IMG/VR virus record: IMGVR_UViG_3300028197_001049
Span: 14,805 to 78,804 of that record
Source of the DNA: a virus
Strand: one strand, 5' to 3'
Length of the DNA stretch: 64,000 bases
In this document: positions 1-9,861 of the stretch, one piece after another
Layout: each line of letters starts with the position of its first letter
Position numbering within the stretch: the stretch's first letter is position 1
The notes under the pieces: model-generated
What the model was told of the DNA's origin: nothing
The model's input: the letters and a program-made list of their open reading frames with translations, nothing else
Database searches by the model: none
Translations under genes and position numbers: made by a program

Positions 1-929
1 CCAGTGCTGGCGTCATATACCAGTTTATTTCTATAGCGAGACATAACCTCACGCAGATACTGTTCTGCTTTGACCTTTGGAAGATTACCAACGTCAATGT
101 AGAAAATTCTACGCTCAGGAGCGCGAGACATTCTATAGATAACCAGAGAATCTTCAATCATTCTCAGTTGGTTAACTGCTTTCAATGCCTTATGAAGATA
201 AGACAATGGCAGATTTTGATTCATGTCCATCAGTCCTGATGTACAATACGTGATCGCATCAGGTGCAATCTTCACACCAAGTTGATCGTTCCCTGCAAGA
301 CTAACCGCTGCTTTGTGATTGAATATTCCTTTAGGATTGTAGAGATAGTATTCGGTTATATCACCATAGTTTAATTTTGCAGCATCTCCTTGTCCAGGAG
401 TAGGTTTCTTTTTAACCTCACGCATTTTTTTGATCTTTAACGGATCAATGTAGCGAAGTTCTTTAATACCCTCAGTAGGTTTGTTAACATCAATTACCTT
501 ATGGTAATACAGTCTTCCGTCAATATACCAACGTCTAAAAATATGATAGCATTTTTTATCAAACTGCAGTAAGCGTTTGATCTCGTTAAATTCTTCTCTA
601 ACTCTCTTCTTGATTGTATCACTCTGGTCAAGATTAGAGAGTTCAATTTCTACAGGTGAATCATCACCATCTGCAACGATTGCTTCGTTGACTACTTCGT
701 CAATTGCTGAGTCAACTTCAGGGTGTAATGAGACTTCGCGATACTTTCGGATCTGCTCAAACTCATTTTTAGAGACACCCTCCATGTCAACGTATTGACC
801 ATAATAACCTCCCGCAGAGATTGTTACGGTCCCGTCGTCATTATTAGGAGCAACAGGGGAGACTATCCCCTGCTGTTTCTTTTTCTTTTGGTTTTCTTTA
901 TCAAGAGAAAACCCAAATAACTCCGCCAT
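1..929 (-). CDS. g20: Portal vertex protein (partial, runs off window start)
   Basis: Manual translation from ATG at 929: MAELFGFSLD...GGYYGQYVDMEG...KYREVSLHPEVDSAIDEVVNEAIV...FRRWYIDGRLYYHK...ELRYIDPLKI...QLRMIEDSLVIYRMSRAPERRIFYIDVGNLPK, all T4 gp20 motifs. Absent from the ORF track because it is truncated. Confidence 0.97.
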   Translation of the reverse strand, partial: MAELFGFSLDKENQKKKKQQGIVSPVAPNNDDGTVTISAGGYYGQYVDMEGVSKNEFEQIRKYREVSLHPEVDSAIDEVVNEAIVADGDDSPVEIELSNLDQSDTIKKRVREEFNEIKRLLQFDKKCYHIFRRWYIDGRLYYHKVIDVNKPTEGIKELRYIDPLKIKKMREVKKKPTPGQGDAAKLNYGDITEYYLYNPKGIFNHKAAVSLAGNDQLGVKIAPDAITYCTSGLMDMNQNLPLSYLHKALKAVNQLRMIEDSLVIYRMSRAPERRIFYIDVGNLPKVKAEQYLREVMSRYRNKLVYDAST

Positions 930-958
930 TGTATAATTGAACTACGTTTTACTGTAGT

Positions 959-965
959 TATTTAT
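959..965 (-). promoter_or_regulatory. T4-type late promoter (ATAAATA) upstream of g20
   Basis: ATAAATA on the minus strand, about 30 nt before the g20 ATG. Confidence 0.75.
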
Positions 966-975
966 CATGCAAGAA

Positions 976-1557
976 TTATGCAAGATTTACTGTACCTACA
1001 GATCCCTCAACACTCCAGTAATCATACTGGAATTCAACAGTGTATTCAGCAATACTATTGTTGTTATCATATGCCAAGTCAATCTGAGCGATATTACTTG
1101 GAAAAGCATTCATAAACTGATAAGTTCTGATGATGCTATGGGGATCTGTATCATCATTTCCTGAAGATACTCCTCTTGAAAGTTGATCAACTTGAAGAGT
1201 CGCTGCATATTCTGCAGTATAACCACCTCCATCATCATGCTTGTTAAGACGATCCATCCATTGCTCAAAGAAAGAACGGAGTCCTAGATCCTCATCAGCC
1301 ATGACAGTAACTGTCCATGATTCAAAGGTGCGATCACCAGGAAGTTTGATGACTCTTCCTCTGAAAGGAACTTCTACCGTACCAACTGTACTGGCAGGAA
1401 TGCCAGCAGAGCGACATAGGAATGAAAAACTGTCGGCTAATTGATTGAAATCTGATGCCCCTTGGATTGCTGTCCCTACAGTTGGGACAGTAACTCTAAA
1501 AAGATTAGGGCGTAACCCATAACCAATTTTGTTCTTAAACGTAGAAAGGTTTGCCAT
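976..1557 (-). CDS. g19: Tail tube protein
   Basis: RPNLFRV, FLCRSAGIPAS.VG.VEVPFRGR..KLPGDRTFESWTVT and EYTVEFQYDYW; lies between g18 and g20. Confidence 0.96.
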   Translation of the reverse strand: MANLSTFKNKIGYGLRPNLFRVTVPTVGTAIQGASDFNQLADSFSFLCRSAGIPASTVGTVEVPFRGRVIKLPGDRTFESWTVTVMADEDLGLRSFFEQWMDRLNKHDDGGGYTAEYAATLQVDQLSRGVSSGNDDTDPHSIIRTYQFMNAFPSNIAQIDLAYDNNNSIAEYTVEFQYDYWSVEGSVGTVNLA

Positions 1558-1579
1558 TGTTTGATTATCTCCTTAAGTG

Positions 1580-1586
1580 TATTTAT
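1580..1586 (-). promoter_or_regulatory. Late promoter upstream of g19
   Basis: ATAAATA followed by an AAGGAG RBS before the ATG at 1557. Confidence 0.75.
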
Positions 1587-1592
1587 TTTTTA

Positions 1593-3527
1593 TCAAACTC
1601 TGCCAATTACTTCGTCAAAAGAAACACCTGAGCGGGTCGCAACAAATGTAAGAGTGATGAAGTTAATTGAACGAGATGGCTTGATATAGATGTCTGCAAC
1701 AAATTCATTTCTATCAATAACATCTGCAGTGTTATTGGATTCATCGGCAACCACGAGGAAATCAGTCATACCTCTTCTTGCCTGAACGTCACGCATGTAG
1801 TTATTGACTTGCGTTTGGAACTGGAAGCGTGTTGTGGAATCATTCAGTTCAAAGAGAACTCCTTTAGAGAAATCTTTGATTGTTCTTTCAAGAAGAAGGA
1901 ACAAACGACGAACGTTAATTCTGTCAAAAGCGGAAGGACTACGAAGAGCAGTCTTATCACCAAACAGAACGATGCCTTGACCAGGGAATGAAACGATAGG
2001 GTTGATACGCTTACCGTAAAGTTCATCTCTCTGAGCTTTAGATGGGTTGTAAGCAATCTTAACTGCGTTTCTCAGGTTACCACGATTGAAACCAGCAGGA
2101 GAGAACCAAGGTTCTGAGATAGCTGTTGTGTTAACACAAAGACCAGCAACGTCAGCACTAGTTGGAATCCAACGATATACATCATTGAATCTATCGTAGA
2201 TGTACTTATAGTTATTATCAAATACAGCGTAAGAAGAACTGTCGCTGATTGCTTCAAAGAAGTCTACGACATTTTCTGTCTGGGCAGCAGCAGTAGCAGC
2301 ACCAGATCCAAGAACATCAGATCTCTGAGGAGATACAAATGTAATACAATCTTTTCTAGTATTAGCAAGATTGATCAGTGAGTTTGCTTTCGCGAGACTT
2401 GCAGGACCAGTAAGGATATAATCAAGTACTAGTGTCTCAACGTCTGAGAATACATCTAGATATGTTTGAGTTTCATTACCTACATTGTAATTCTGATAGT
2501 CAGATGCTGAAGATAAACTATATGATTTATGACCAAACAGTTTAAAGTCCGAAGCAGCACCATTAGTACCGTCAACATCTACTTGACCAGAAGCAGCATA
2601 GGTAGAAACAGTTTCATATGCAGTTGAATAGACATACTTGGAGCGACCTTTGACAACATTTTGGAAGAAGTTACCTTCTCCTTCTGTAGTCCTAGCACCA
2701 AATGCTTTTGATACAAATAGAATTTTTTCTAGAACTGTATTTGAAGTTCCTGTAATACCACCATCTTCATCAATGATTACAACATGCATCTCATCGTTAG
2801 CACCACCACGAGCCGCAGCGTAAGGAGAAGTACCAGGACGAGGAGCAAGTGCAGCCCACTTAACACCTGTTACAGCACTTTGCTGATCATACCAGTCAAC
2901 TACTGCATCAACGTTTTCTGTGCTTACTGTTCCATTCTTAACGAACTTAGCAGAACCAGCGTCAAGAACAACAGCAACTTTCGTTGTGTCTCCACTGTTT
3001 GTTTCGTATGCAACTCCAGTAGCAGTTCCGTCAGTAACAGCGTCACCAGCTGTAAATGCTACACCGGTCGCGAGTGTCAGAATTTGATCAGCGCCAGAAT
3101 CAATTGTGATAACTTTTAGTGAATTGCCCCATGTACCCGGTGTCTTAGCAGCAAACTTATAAGACTGTGAAGTGCCTTCAATGTTTGCTTCAAAGTCACC
3201 AATGTTATTAATTTTTAATGTTGTAACAGAAGCATCATTAGAGTTAGTTAAATGAGAAGCAGAAGAACTAGAAATTCTTGCTACTTGAAGATTGCCACCG
3301 TAGTTAAGAAACTCGGAAGCAGTAAACCAAAATTCGTAGTTGTCTGCGGTTGGTTTTCCGAATTGTTCAACTAGTTCTTTTTCGTTAGTGATTAATTTTG
3401 CAACGCCTACTTCTCCTTTCGTGAAAGGACCAGCAATAGCGCCGACATTGGTAATTGTTTCCTGGAGACGTGAGTTAGTAAAATCGCGTTCCTGAACAAT
3501 AATACCTGGCGATGATTGAGATGCCAT
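1593..3527 (-). CDS. g18: Tail sheath protein
   Basis: SPGIIVQERDFT N-terminus; PWFSPAGFNRG, INPIVSFPGQG.VLFGDKT, FDRINVRRLF, IYIKPSRSINFI. Confidence 0.97.
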   Translation of the reverse strand: MASQSSPGIIVQERDFTNSRLQETITNVGAIAGPFTKGEVGVAKLITNEKELVEQFGKPTADNYEFWFTASEFLNYGGNLQVARISSSSASHLTNSNDASVTTLKINNIGDFEANIEGTSQSYKFAAKTPGTWGNSLKVITIDSGADQILTLATGVAFTAGDAVTDGTATGVAYETNSGDTTKVAVVLDAGSAKFVKNGTVSTENVDAVVDWYDQQSAVTGVKWAALAPRPGTSPYAAARGGANDEMHVVIIDEDGGITGTSNTVLEKILFVSKAFGARTTEGEGNFFQNVVKGRSKYVYSTAYETVSTYAASGQVDVDGTNGAASDFKLFGHKSYSLSSASDYQNYNVGNETQTYLDVFSDVETLVLDYILTGPASLAKANSLINLANTRKDCITFVSPQRSDVLGSGAATAAAQTENVVDFFEAISDSSSYAVFDNNYKYIYDRFNDVYRWIPTSADVAGLCVNTTAISEPWFSPAGFNRGNLRNAVKIAYNPSKAQRDELYGKRINPIVSFPGQGIVLFGDKTALRSPSAFDRINVRRLFLLLERTIKDFSKGVLFELNDSTTRFQFQTQVNNYMRDVQARRGMTDFLVVADESNNTADVIDRNEFVADIYIKPSRSINFITLTFVATRSGVSFDEVIGRV

Positions 3528-3561
3528 GTTTGCCCCTAAAGTACATATTTTGTTCTGTGAT

Positions 3562-3568
3562 TATTTAT
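3562..3568 (-). promoter_or_regulatory. Late promoter upstream of g18
   Basis: TAATAAATA motif about 35 nt before the ATG. Confidence 0.75.
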
Positions 3569-3609
3569 TAAAACCTATGTTTTAAGTGGGGAAACATTAC
3601 ATGAACACA

Positions 3610-3831
3610 TCACCAATCAGGGTATTCCCATCTATTAGCGTCTTTTTTTCTTAAGTTAGTAATCCTCGTGACAGTACATATTTTACATTCATATGCATAT
3701 GCAGATGGTGTCGCTCTACCTTTCCTAGTCCTATAAAAATCCGTCACGAGATCTTTTATTGCCCCACAAGATCTACATTTCCTTTGAGTGAAAAGTAGAT
3801 GTTCTAATTCAAACTCTTCTTCAAAATCCAT
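3610..3831 (-). CDS. Small Cys4 zinc-ribbon protein (resembles an HNH/EndoVII-type N-terminal module; no nuclease domain)
   Basis: CRSC...CKIC; TAATG overlap with the cpeT stop. Confidence 0.75.
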   Translation of the reverse strand: MDFEEEFELEHLLFTQRKCRSCGAIKDLVTDFYRTRKGRATPSAYAYECKICTVTRITNLRKKDANRWEYPDW

Positions 3832-4310
3832 TATTCCAAACGTTCAAATTCAAATAATCCTTTGCCGGGTTCTGTTCCCCAAACAAAATCTCCTGTATCT
3901 ATATCATATCCCGTATCCAAAGAACGATATAAAGATCCATTGAATTGAATAAAAGATTCAACTCTTGCGTTGTTTATAGTGCATTCACCTTTGACTGAAC
4001 CTGTCCACCAATTATCATCATATTTCCACTCCAAAATACAACTAGGGTCTCCCGTTTCTTGATTAATTGGATGGGTGATTACAGTAGTATCATTAATATA
4101 TTCATATGTAATATGATAATGACGATATGGTTCATCTTCAGTTTTATAATCATACCATTGTTTTAATTCTAGTAAATTATTCTCTAATCTAGAATATAAA
4201 ATATTAACTTGTGGCCACCTACTAGGATCTGAAAATGCCTGCATCTTGTTAAGATAATGTCCAACAATCATCTCATCAAAAGATCTGCAATTACAATTAA
4301 TACATTTCAT
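3831..4310 (-). CDS. cpeT: CpeT/CpcT-type phycobilin lyase
   Basis: GHYLNKMQAFSDPSRWPQV, KQWYDY...PYR and SLDTGYDIDTGDFVWG...FEFER match the T-type lyase pattern; TAATG overlap with the g17 stop. Confidence 0.88.
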   Translation of the reverse strand: MKCINCNCRSFDEMIVGHYLNKMQAFSDPSRWPQVNILYSRLENNLLELKQWYDYKTEDEPYRHYHITYEYINDTTVITHPINQETGDPSCILEWKYDDNWWTGSVKGECTINNARVESFIQFNGSLYRSLDTGYDIDTGDFVWGTEPGKGLFEFERLE

Positions 4311-5974
4311 TATAAATGAGAACCCATGTAAGTAAACTCAGAAGATACATCACCATACTCATCTAAGAACCAACGATCTCCTTCTTTATCCACAAAACTT
4401 TCTTGATCTTCTAGACCATCAGAAACAAAACCAAATGGTGCCATGTCTTGCTCAATCTGATTCTTCTGCTCATCATAGATTCTTTGACGGACATCATTGT
4501 CTGTCATTTCTTTAAAGTAATCTTGTACCGCTAACCAAGCAAAGATTACTAGACACATTGCAAGGTCATCATGACATCCTTCTTCTGCTTCAAACGATTC
4601 TCGTTTGGAAATAAATGTTGTTAGTTCTGCAATAGTCTCGTAGTCTGGAATTACAAGTTTATCATCTTCAATAAAAGTTTTTAAGTTTAGACATCCAATC
4701 TTTTTCACAGTCTTAGACATCTTGACACCGAGTTGTGTTTTCTTTCCAGAAAATCCTGTGCCAACAATCTGACCAGCACGTCCTCTCATGGCACACATAA
4801 GAATATGATCGTACTCAAGATCATAATGCATCATAGACGCTACCTGATCTCCAATATCATTAACTTCAGTTAGAATGTATGCTCTATTATATCCTCTGGC
4901 AATATCAACAATAATTGTAGGGAACATGATAGCTTTAATTTCATTGTTCCTATATCGTGCTACCAACCTGTAAGGGAACTTTGTAATGTCAAAAACCAAA
5001 AATGCACTATAATCGCTACCCACACCACGGGCAACGTCAACAGTAATAATGTAATCGTGGTCCTTTTGCGGGTTTTCATATACTACTAAACCTTTATTAT
5101 TACTAGTAATAGGATCATCATACACCAGTGTTCGCAATTTACTTGCAGCAATTAATGTATCTACAGATCCCAGAAACTCACACTCAAATTCTTGAGTGAA
5201 CTGTCGTTGAGAAGTGTTTGCAATAGTTTGTGCTTTCCAATTTGCATCTCTACCCGGAACTTGACTCCAATGTACTTCTGTAGTGATGTATTCGTTCTTA
5301 CCTCTCTCAGCATCATGCCAGAGCTTGTAGAACATGTTCATCCCGTTAGGGGTAGATATGATAATAACCTTAGTAGACTTACCTGAGGAGATCGTAGGGT
5401 ATACTGAGGAGAAAAACTGCTCGGCAATGTGAGTTGGAACGAATGCAAATTCGTCCAAGAAGATGATGTTGAATGACATACCTCGGACAGCAGAACTAGA
5501 AGTAGATGCTGCCATGATCTTAGAACCATTCTCAAGTTCTAGAGATCCTTTATTCCACGACACAATACCTTGCTGCATCCACTTAGGAAGGTTTTCATAA
5601 GCAAGTTGCAACCTGCCGAGAAGTTCTCTGGATGTGCTTAGTTTGTTTGCTAGAATACCGATGTTGACATTATCATTAAAGATACAATAATGCAGCAGGT
5701 AAGAAACCACAGTGGTACTCTTACCAGTCTGACGTGGTAGTTTGGCAATGTTAAAACGATTACTGTGGAACCTTTCAATCATTTCTTCTTGAAAGTCCCA
5801 CATCTTAAATGGCACCAGACCCTCATCCAGTGACACAATTTTGATATAATTTATAGTAAAGTAGACGGGATCGTCAGCACATTTTAACCACTCCTGAACT
5901 TGATCAGGAGTGAAACTCATTTCCACATTCGCCGCCTTTAGATTAGGCGAACCTTTATAAACTTTATCAGCCAT
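4310..5974 (-). CDS. g17: Terminase large subunit
   Basis: Walker A PRQTGKSTT, Walker B IIFLDEFAF, ISTPNG, nuclease DVARG..SDYSAF and HDDLAM. Confidence 0.98.
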   Translation of the reverse strand: MADKVYKGSPNLKAANVEMSFTPDQVQEWLKCADDPVYFTINYIKIVSLDEGLVPFKMWDFQEEMIERFHSNRFNIAKLPRQTGKSTTVVSYLLHYCIFNDNVNIGILANKLSTSRELLGRLQLAYENLPKWMQQGIVSWNKGSLELENGSKIMAASTSSSAVRGMSFNIIFLDEFAFVPTHIAEQFFSSVYPTISSGKSTKVIIISTPNGMNMFYKLWHDAERGKNEYITTEVHWSQVPGRDANWKAQTIANTSQRQFTQEFECEFLGSVDTLIAASKLRTLVYDDPITSNNKGLVVYENPQKDHDYIITVDVARGVGSDYSAFLVFDITKFPYRLVARYRNNEIKAIMFPTIIVDIARGYNRAYILTEVNDIGDQVASMMHYDLEYDHILMCAMRGRAGQIVGTGFSGKKTQLGVKMSKTVKKIGCLNLKTFIEDDKLVIPDYETIAELTTFISKRESFEAEEGCHDDLAMCLVIFAWLAVQDYFKEMTDNDVRQRIYDEQKNQIEQDMAPFGFVSDGLEDQESFVDKEGDRWFLDEYGDVSSEFTYMGSHL

Positions 5975-5977
5975 TTA

Positions 5978-6406
5978 TCAACAGTTCCAAGCTCTCAGTG
6001 ATTTATTAATTCTTGAATCAGGATCTCTAGAAGTTTTCTTGGAAGTTAATTTCTTTTTCATTCCTTTCATTCTAGCGCAGAAGGATGCCCTCCGGGGATT
6101 TCCAACCTTTTTGCTTGGTGCTTTAAGGTCAGATCCTGGATTTTCCTTTTCATAAGATCTGCGTCCTTTTGCGTTAAGTCCTCCTGACTTACTTTTGCCT
6201 GACTTTTTTGTCCAGGCTGCTCCTTCTTGGGTGAGTTCAAATTCTTCTTTAGCAGTCCTCTCCGACTTTTTGAAAGCATCCTTGTCTGGATAATCGGAGG
6301 ATCCAGGTTTAGCAGGTGCTTCTCCACGCTTCTTCTTAGCATGGATGTTGGCATAGAGTCCATTCTTCGCTTCGCTTAGTTCTCTAAATTCTTTAAATGT
6401 CTTCAT
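5978..6406 (-). CDS. Basic hypothetical protein with a capsid-targeting-like N-terminus (putative internal head protein)
   Basis: MKTFKEF N-terminus; K/R-rich; AAWTKKSGK..GGLN.KGR...RRASFCARM...SRINKSLRAWNC. Confidence 0.75.
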   Translation of the reverse strand: MKTFKEFRELSEAKNGLYANIHAKKKRGEAPAKPGSSDYPDKDAFKKSERTAKEEFELTQEGAAWTKKSGKSKSGGLNAKGRRSYEKENPGSDLKAPSKKVGNPRRASFCARMKGMKKKLTSKKTSRDPDSRINKSLRAWNC

Positions 6407-6430
6407 GCCAGCAGGGAGGGTTTACTAGGG

Positions 6431-6437
6431 TATTTAT
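6431..6437 (-). promoter_or_regulatory. Late promoter
   Basis: ATAAATA about 25 nt before the ATG at 6406. Confidence 0.7.
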
Positions 6438-6686
6438 TCAATTAAGATGGGCAACAGATGATGCCCACACAGAAGCAGAAGAACCTGTAGTTGCTTCAAG
6501 AGTTTCTGCAGGAAGTTTCTTTACCTCAACACGCTCACCAGCGCCGATGTAAAAATTATTTCCATTGCTATTAACAATCAAGCAAGCAGCACTATTAGTA
6601 TTTACGACTGAGACTAATGTTGCTGAAGATACATTGCTTGCTGCAGAGTCAAGATCAACAGCAACTGATACGGGTTTGATAATCAT
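6438..6686 (-). CDS. Hypothetical protein (small, beta-rich)
   Basis: ORF filling the g16-g17 gap; preceded by ATAAATA at 6705-6711. Confidence 0.7.
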   Translation of the reverse strand: MIIKPVSVAVDLDSAASNVSSATLVSVVNTNSAACLIVNSNGNNFYIGAGERVEVKKLPAETLEATTGSSASVWASSVAHLN

Positions 6687-6703
6687 TGTTCTATAATTTT
6701 TAA

Positions 6704-7120
6704 TTATTTATCTTCTAATTTATTTTTTGCTTGCTTCAACATCTTTGCAAGATCAGCAGTGGATCCTACAAACATAGTATTGTTAACTGTTGTTGGTCCT
6801 TTCTTTTCTTCTTGACCTAGATCTTTCATCTTTTTCTGAAGATCAGATAATTTATCAGTGATGTCAGCAACGTTCTTAATGCCCTGGAAGGCGACTTCGT
6901 ATGCTCTTGGGTGATTACTGCTCCTAGCAACGTCAAGCAACTCCTCAATGGCAACCTGACCCTTCTGAATGAGTTCATATAACTCACCACGGGCATACTT
7001 GTAATCTGTCTCTACATCAGCACTAGTAACATCAACCTTTTTGGGTTTGGGTTGCTCCTCTTCATCCATAGGAGTGATGTCAAAAACATCCTCCATGTTC
7101 TGCTGAAATTTATTGTCCAT
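6704..7120 (-). CDS. g16: Terminase small subunit
   Basis: DYKYARGELYELI.KG, HPRAYEV, NNTMFVGSTADL.KML. Confidence 0.93.
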   Translation of the reverse strand: MDNKFQQNMEDVFDITPMDEEEQPKPKKVDVTSADVETDYKYARGELYELIQKGQVAIEELLDVARSSNHPRAYEVAFQGIKNVADITDKLSDLQKKMKDLGQEEKKGPTTVNNTMFVGSTADLAKMLKQAKNKLEDK

Positions 7121-7916
7121 GATATATCACTCCTTCATTAAATCCAAAATCATCATCTGGTTGTAACAGAGCGTCGTCAGCAGCATTAATAACACCATCA
7201 GTGTTCTTATCTTCTAATGCTTTAGGTGTAACATTATACTCAAGTGCTCTTTGGTTGGTATTAAGATCACCAACAAGAGTAGTAGCAATAGCCTTTCTAA
7301 TGATATCATTGGCAGCAACAGGACCATACATGTATGTCTTGACTGTAAATCTTAGGGTATAATAAATATATCTTCTTGTGGAATAATCACCTTCATAATC
7401 ATCAGTAAAATCAATATTTTCTAAGATGATGGGAAGGTCTCTTTTCTCATCCATTTCGGGAATAAGATTTACCGTCATTGTAAAATTAGGTTGAAAGAAA
7501 GGAAGAATTTGCTCAAGAATTTGAAGAGCATCATCTTGAGATTTTGAAATTACATTTAATTCAAATCCGATATTGTATGGAACAGGAAGATACTGCACAT
7601 TGGTTGTGGTTGTTTGTCCATCACCAACCTTCCTATTTTTTTGAATAGGCGGAACTTTTCTTCCAGCATCATAATTAATTCCAGTCATTTCAAATGACAT
7701 TCTAGGTACTGTAATAGTTACCTTCTTGTCTAGATCTGGCGACTGTGTTAGTCTTGCTAAAAACTTTTGGACTGGACCATATGCCAAGGGAACCTTCTGC
7801 TCTACGACAAGCTTGTCATTAGCATCAAAAGTTTTTAATTGAATATTATTAAAAAGAGTACCAAATGTAGTTACTGTCTTCCTAATAATTTTGTGATAAA
7901 AATAATTTCCTAACAT
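7110..7916 (-). CDS. g15: Tail sheath terminator/stabiliser
   Basis: YFYHKIIRK...FGTLFNNI, VPLAYGP.QKFL, PRMSFE, LQILEQILPFFQP. Confidence 0.95.
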   Translation of the reverse strand: MLGNYFYHKIIRKTVTTFGTLFNNIQLKTFDANDKLVVEQKVPLAYGPVQKFLARLTQSPDLDKKVTITVPRMSFEMTGINYDAGRKVPPIQKNRKVGDGQTTTTNVQYLPVPYNIGFELNVISKSQDDALQILEQILPFFQPNFTMTVNLIPEMDEKRDLPIILENIDFTDDYEGDYSTRRYIYYTLRFTVKTYMYGPVAANDIIRKAIATTLVGDLNTNQRALEYNVTPKALEDKNTDGVINAADDALLQPDDDFGFNEGVIYHGQ

Positions 7917-9061
7917 TAGAAGCTACCTGTAAAATTACCAAATTCGCCAAAGGGGTTTTTTTCTGTGAAGTCAAGAATGTCATCCGCTGCCGTTTCAAGT
8001 TCTCTATTTTCAGAAAATGAATCAGTCATATCAAGAGTATCAAAAGAACTTACAACCCACTTAGCACCAGAATCCTCACCACAGATCTGCTCATTAATAT
8101 CAAAAGTTCCGTTCATATATGCTGCTTTCAAAATCCTTGTGTCAGGATCAAACTCAGCAACTTTACCAACGGTATTACCTGGAGAGGATTCAATTACAAT
8201 AGTTGGATTCCAACCTGTGATATTTGTAATTTGACCAATGTCATCATATTCAACATCCCCATAAATGTATGGAGTTGTTGGTGAGTTAACTCTACTGATG
8301 ACACCATTAGTAAGTTCAGTTGTTGAATTACCAATCAAACTATTAGTTGGCGAATACCAGAAGGCAGTAGGAGGTGTAGTATATTTACCACCCGCACTGG
8401 TGATAGTAATAGCACCTAATTGTCCTTGAGCATTAGCTACCGTAGTTGCAGCAGCATCAAATCTAGTTCCAATAATTTTTTCATCTTGGGTAAAGTTACC
8501 AGAACCACCAAGACTGAGTAGAATTGGATATACTCCAGATTCCATTTCAGTATTATCAATTGTTGGCACACCAGTATCAAAGATACTGTCACCGTACTCA
8601 AAGACTTCACATGTCATGGTATATGTATATAGACTTCCTAGTTGATAGAAAGGTTTTTGATTTTCTACATATTTGATTTCAAATACTGTCTCGTTTAGTG
8701 GAAACCAAATAAGGTCACCATCATTAGGTCTTCCAGATACAATTTTATTAGTAGAGACATCTACAAAATCTTTCCAACGTCTCCTTGATACTGTAAGTTG
8801 AATCTCGTCAGTAACTCTCATACCAAACTTTGATAGCATGTCTCCATTACCACCAAACTGATCAAAGCTTTCAAGATACATCTCAATAAGATAACTATCC
8901 TTAAACTGCGAGTAGTAGATGTCATTCCATAATTTATCCTCATGGATTTGACGAGGAATGTAATAACATTCCAGACCATACATTTTGATCTGTTCGTCTA
9001 CAAGATCCTGAACAAGACCTTGCTCACCTTTTGTTCCTTGTGTGAAATATAAATTTTTCAT
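7916..9061 (-). CDS. g14: Neck protein
   Basis: EQGLVQDLVDEQIKMYG..CYYIPR, RP.DGDLIWFP, FEIKYVE..PFYQLG, DFTEKNPFG. The start is set at the ATG just after the g13 stop (the track gives 9070). Confidence 0.93.
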   Translation of the reverse strand: MKNLYFTQGTKGEQGLVQDLVDEQIKMYGLECYYIPRQIHEDKLWNDIYYSQFKDSYLIEMYLESFDQFGGNGDMLSKFGMRVTDEIQLTVSRRRWKDFVDVSTNKIVSGRPNDGDLIWFPLNETVFEIKYVENQKPFYQLGSLYTYTMTCEVFEYGDSIFDTGVPTIDNTEMESGVYPILLSLGGSGNFTQDEKIIGTRFDAAATTVANAQGQLGAITITSAGGKYTTPPTAFWYSPTNSLIGNSTTELTNGVISRVNSPTTPYIYGDVEYDDIGQITNITGWNPTIVIESSPGNTVGKVAEFDPDTRILKAAYMNGTFDINEQICGEDSGAKWVVSSFDTLDMTDSFSENRELETAADDILDFTEKNPFGEFGNFTGSF

Positions 9062-9062
9062 C

Positions 9063-9857
9063 TTACCCAATCATATCTAGTGGTGGTAACTCTGCTGCTA
9101 ATTTAAATTCACCAAGAATGGTTTCAATTTCTTCTTGTGCATCTTCATAGAACTCTCTACCATTCAAAGTTGTACCACCAGGAAGTGATACGTTCTTGAA
9201 TTTAATTAGATTCTGACCCCACTGACGTTTGATCAGAGCGGTAAGATATCTCTTTAACCATACATCATTATAAATTTCTACTGCATTATTAGGATCAATC
9301 ATTCTATAGCAGTCAAGAATTAAATGTTGTCCTGCAGTAATATTACCCCAGTCAGTATCAATGTATAATTTATTTTCTCTCTTATTAAATCTAATTGGTT
9401 TGAAGTTACCAATAACAAAATCAAGAGTTTCCAGATACTGCTTAACCATATAGTAGTTCAAGATTTCCATTGAACCAAAGTTATAGAAATCATTTAGAAA
9501 CAACTGATACTTCATACTAAAAATATTTCCTGATGTCGCTGATGAACTATTGTCATAAGCATAGACTTGCGTTACACCAAGCACATGCTCGGGAACAGTA
9601 ATATAATTATTTTGCTCCTTAAAATCAGTACCAGCAATTGTACTGCTCGCTTTCGCGTCAGTAATCATTTGTTTAGTAATTTCTACTTTTAAAAATGTTT
9701 TGATGCTTCCATCAAAATGACGCTCTTGGAAGAATTGAATAGCATCGTCCATGAGATCCTCAATCTGATCATCATCTACATTAATCTCTAGGACGGGAAA
9801 ACCTAATTTCCTTAAGCAGTAGTCAATTAACTCCTGGCGTGTTGAGGGTCGTGCCAT
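9063..9857 (-). CDS. g13: Neck protein
   Basis: RQELIDYCLRKLGFPVLEINV.DDQIED, WLKRY.TALIKRQWGQNL.KF..V.LPGG.TLNG. Confidence 0.96.
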   Translation of the reverse strand: MARPSTRQELIDYCLRKLGFPVLEINVDDDQIEDLMDDAIQFFQERHFDGSIKTFLKVEITKQMITDAKASSTIAGTDFKEQNNYITVPEHVLGVTQVYAYDNSSSATSGNIFSMKYQLFLNDFYNFGSMEILNYYMVKQYLETLDFVIGNFKPIRFNKRENKLYIDTDWGNITAGQHLILDCYRMIDPNNAVEIYNDVWLKRYLTALIKRQWGQNLIKFKNVSLPGGTTLNGREFYEDAQEEIETILGEFKLAAELPPLDMIG

Positions 9858-9861
9858 GAAT

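Noticed and set aside
577-3119. Short + strand ORFs opposite g20, g19 and g18 (and similar ones throughout the structural cluster)
   Set aside because: Antisense shadows of conserved structural genes, with no supporting RBS or promoter.
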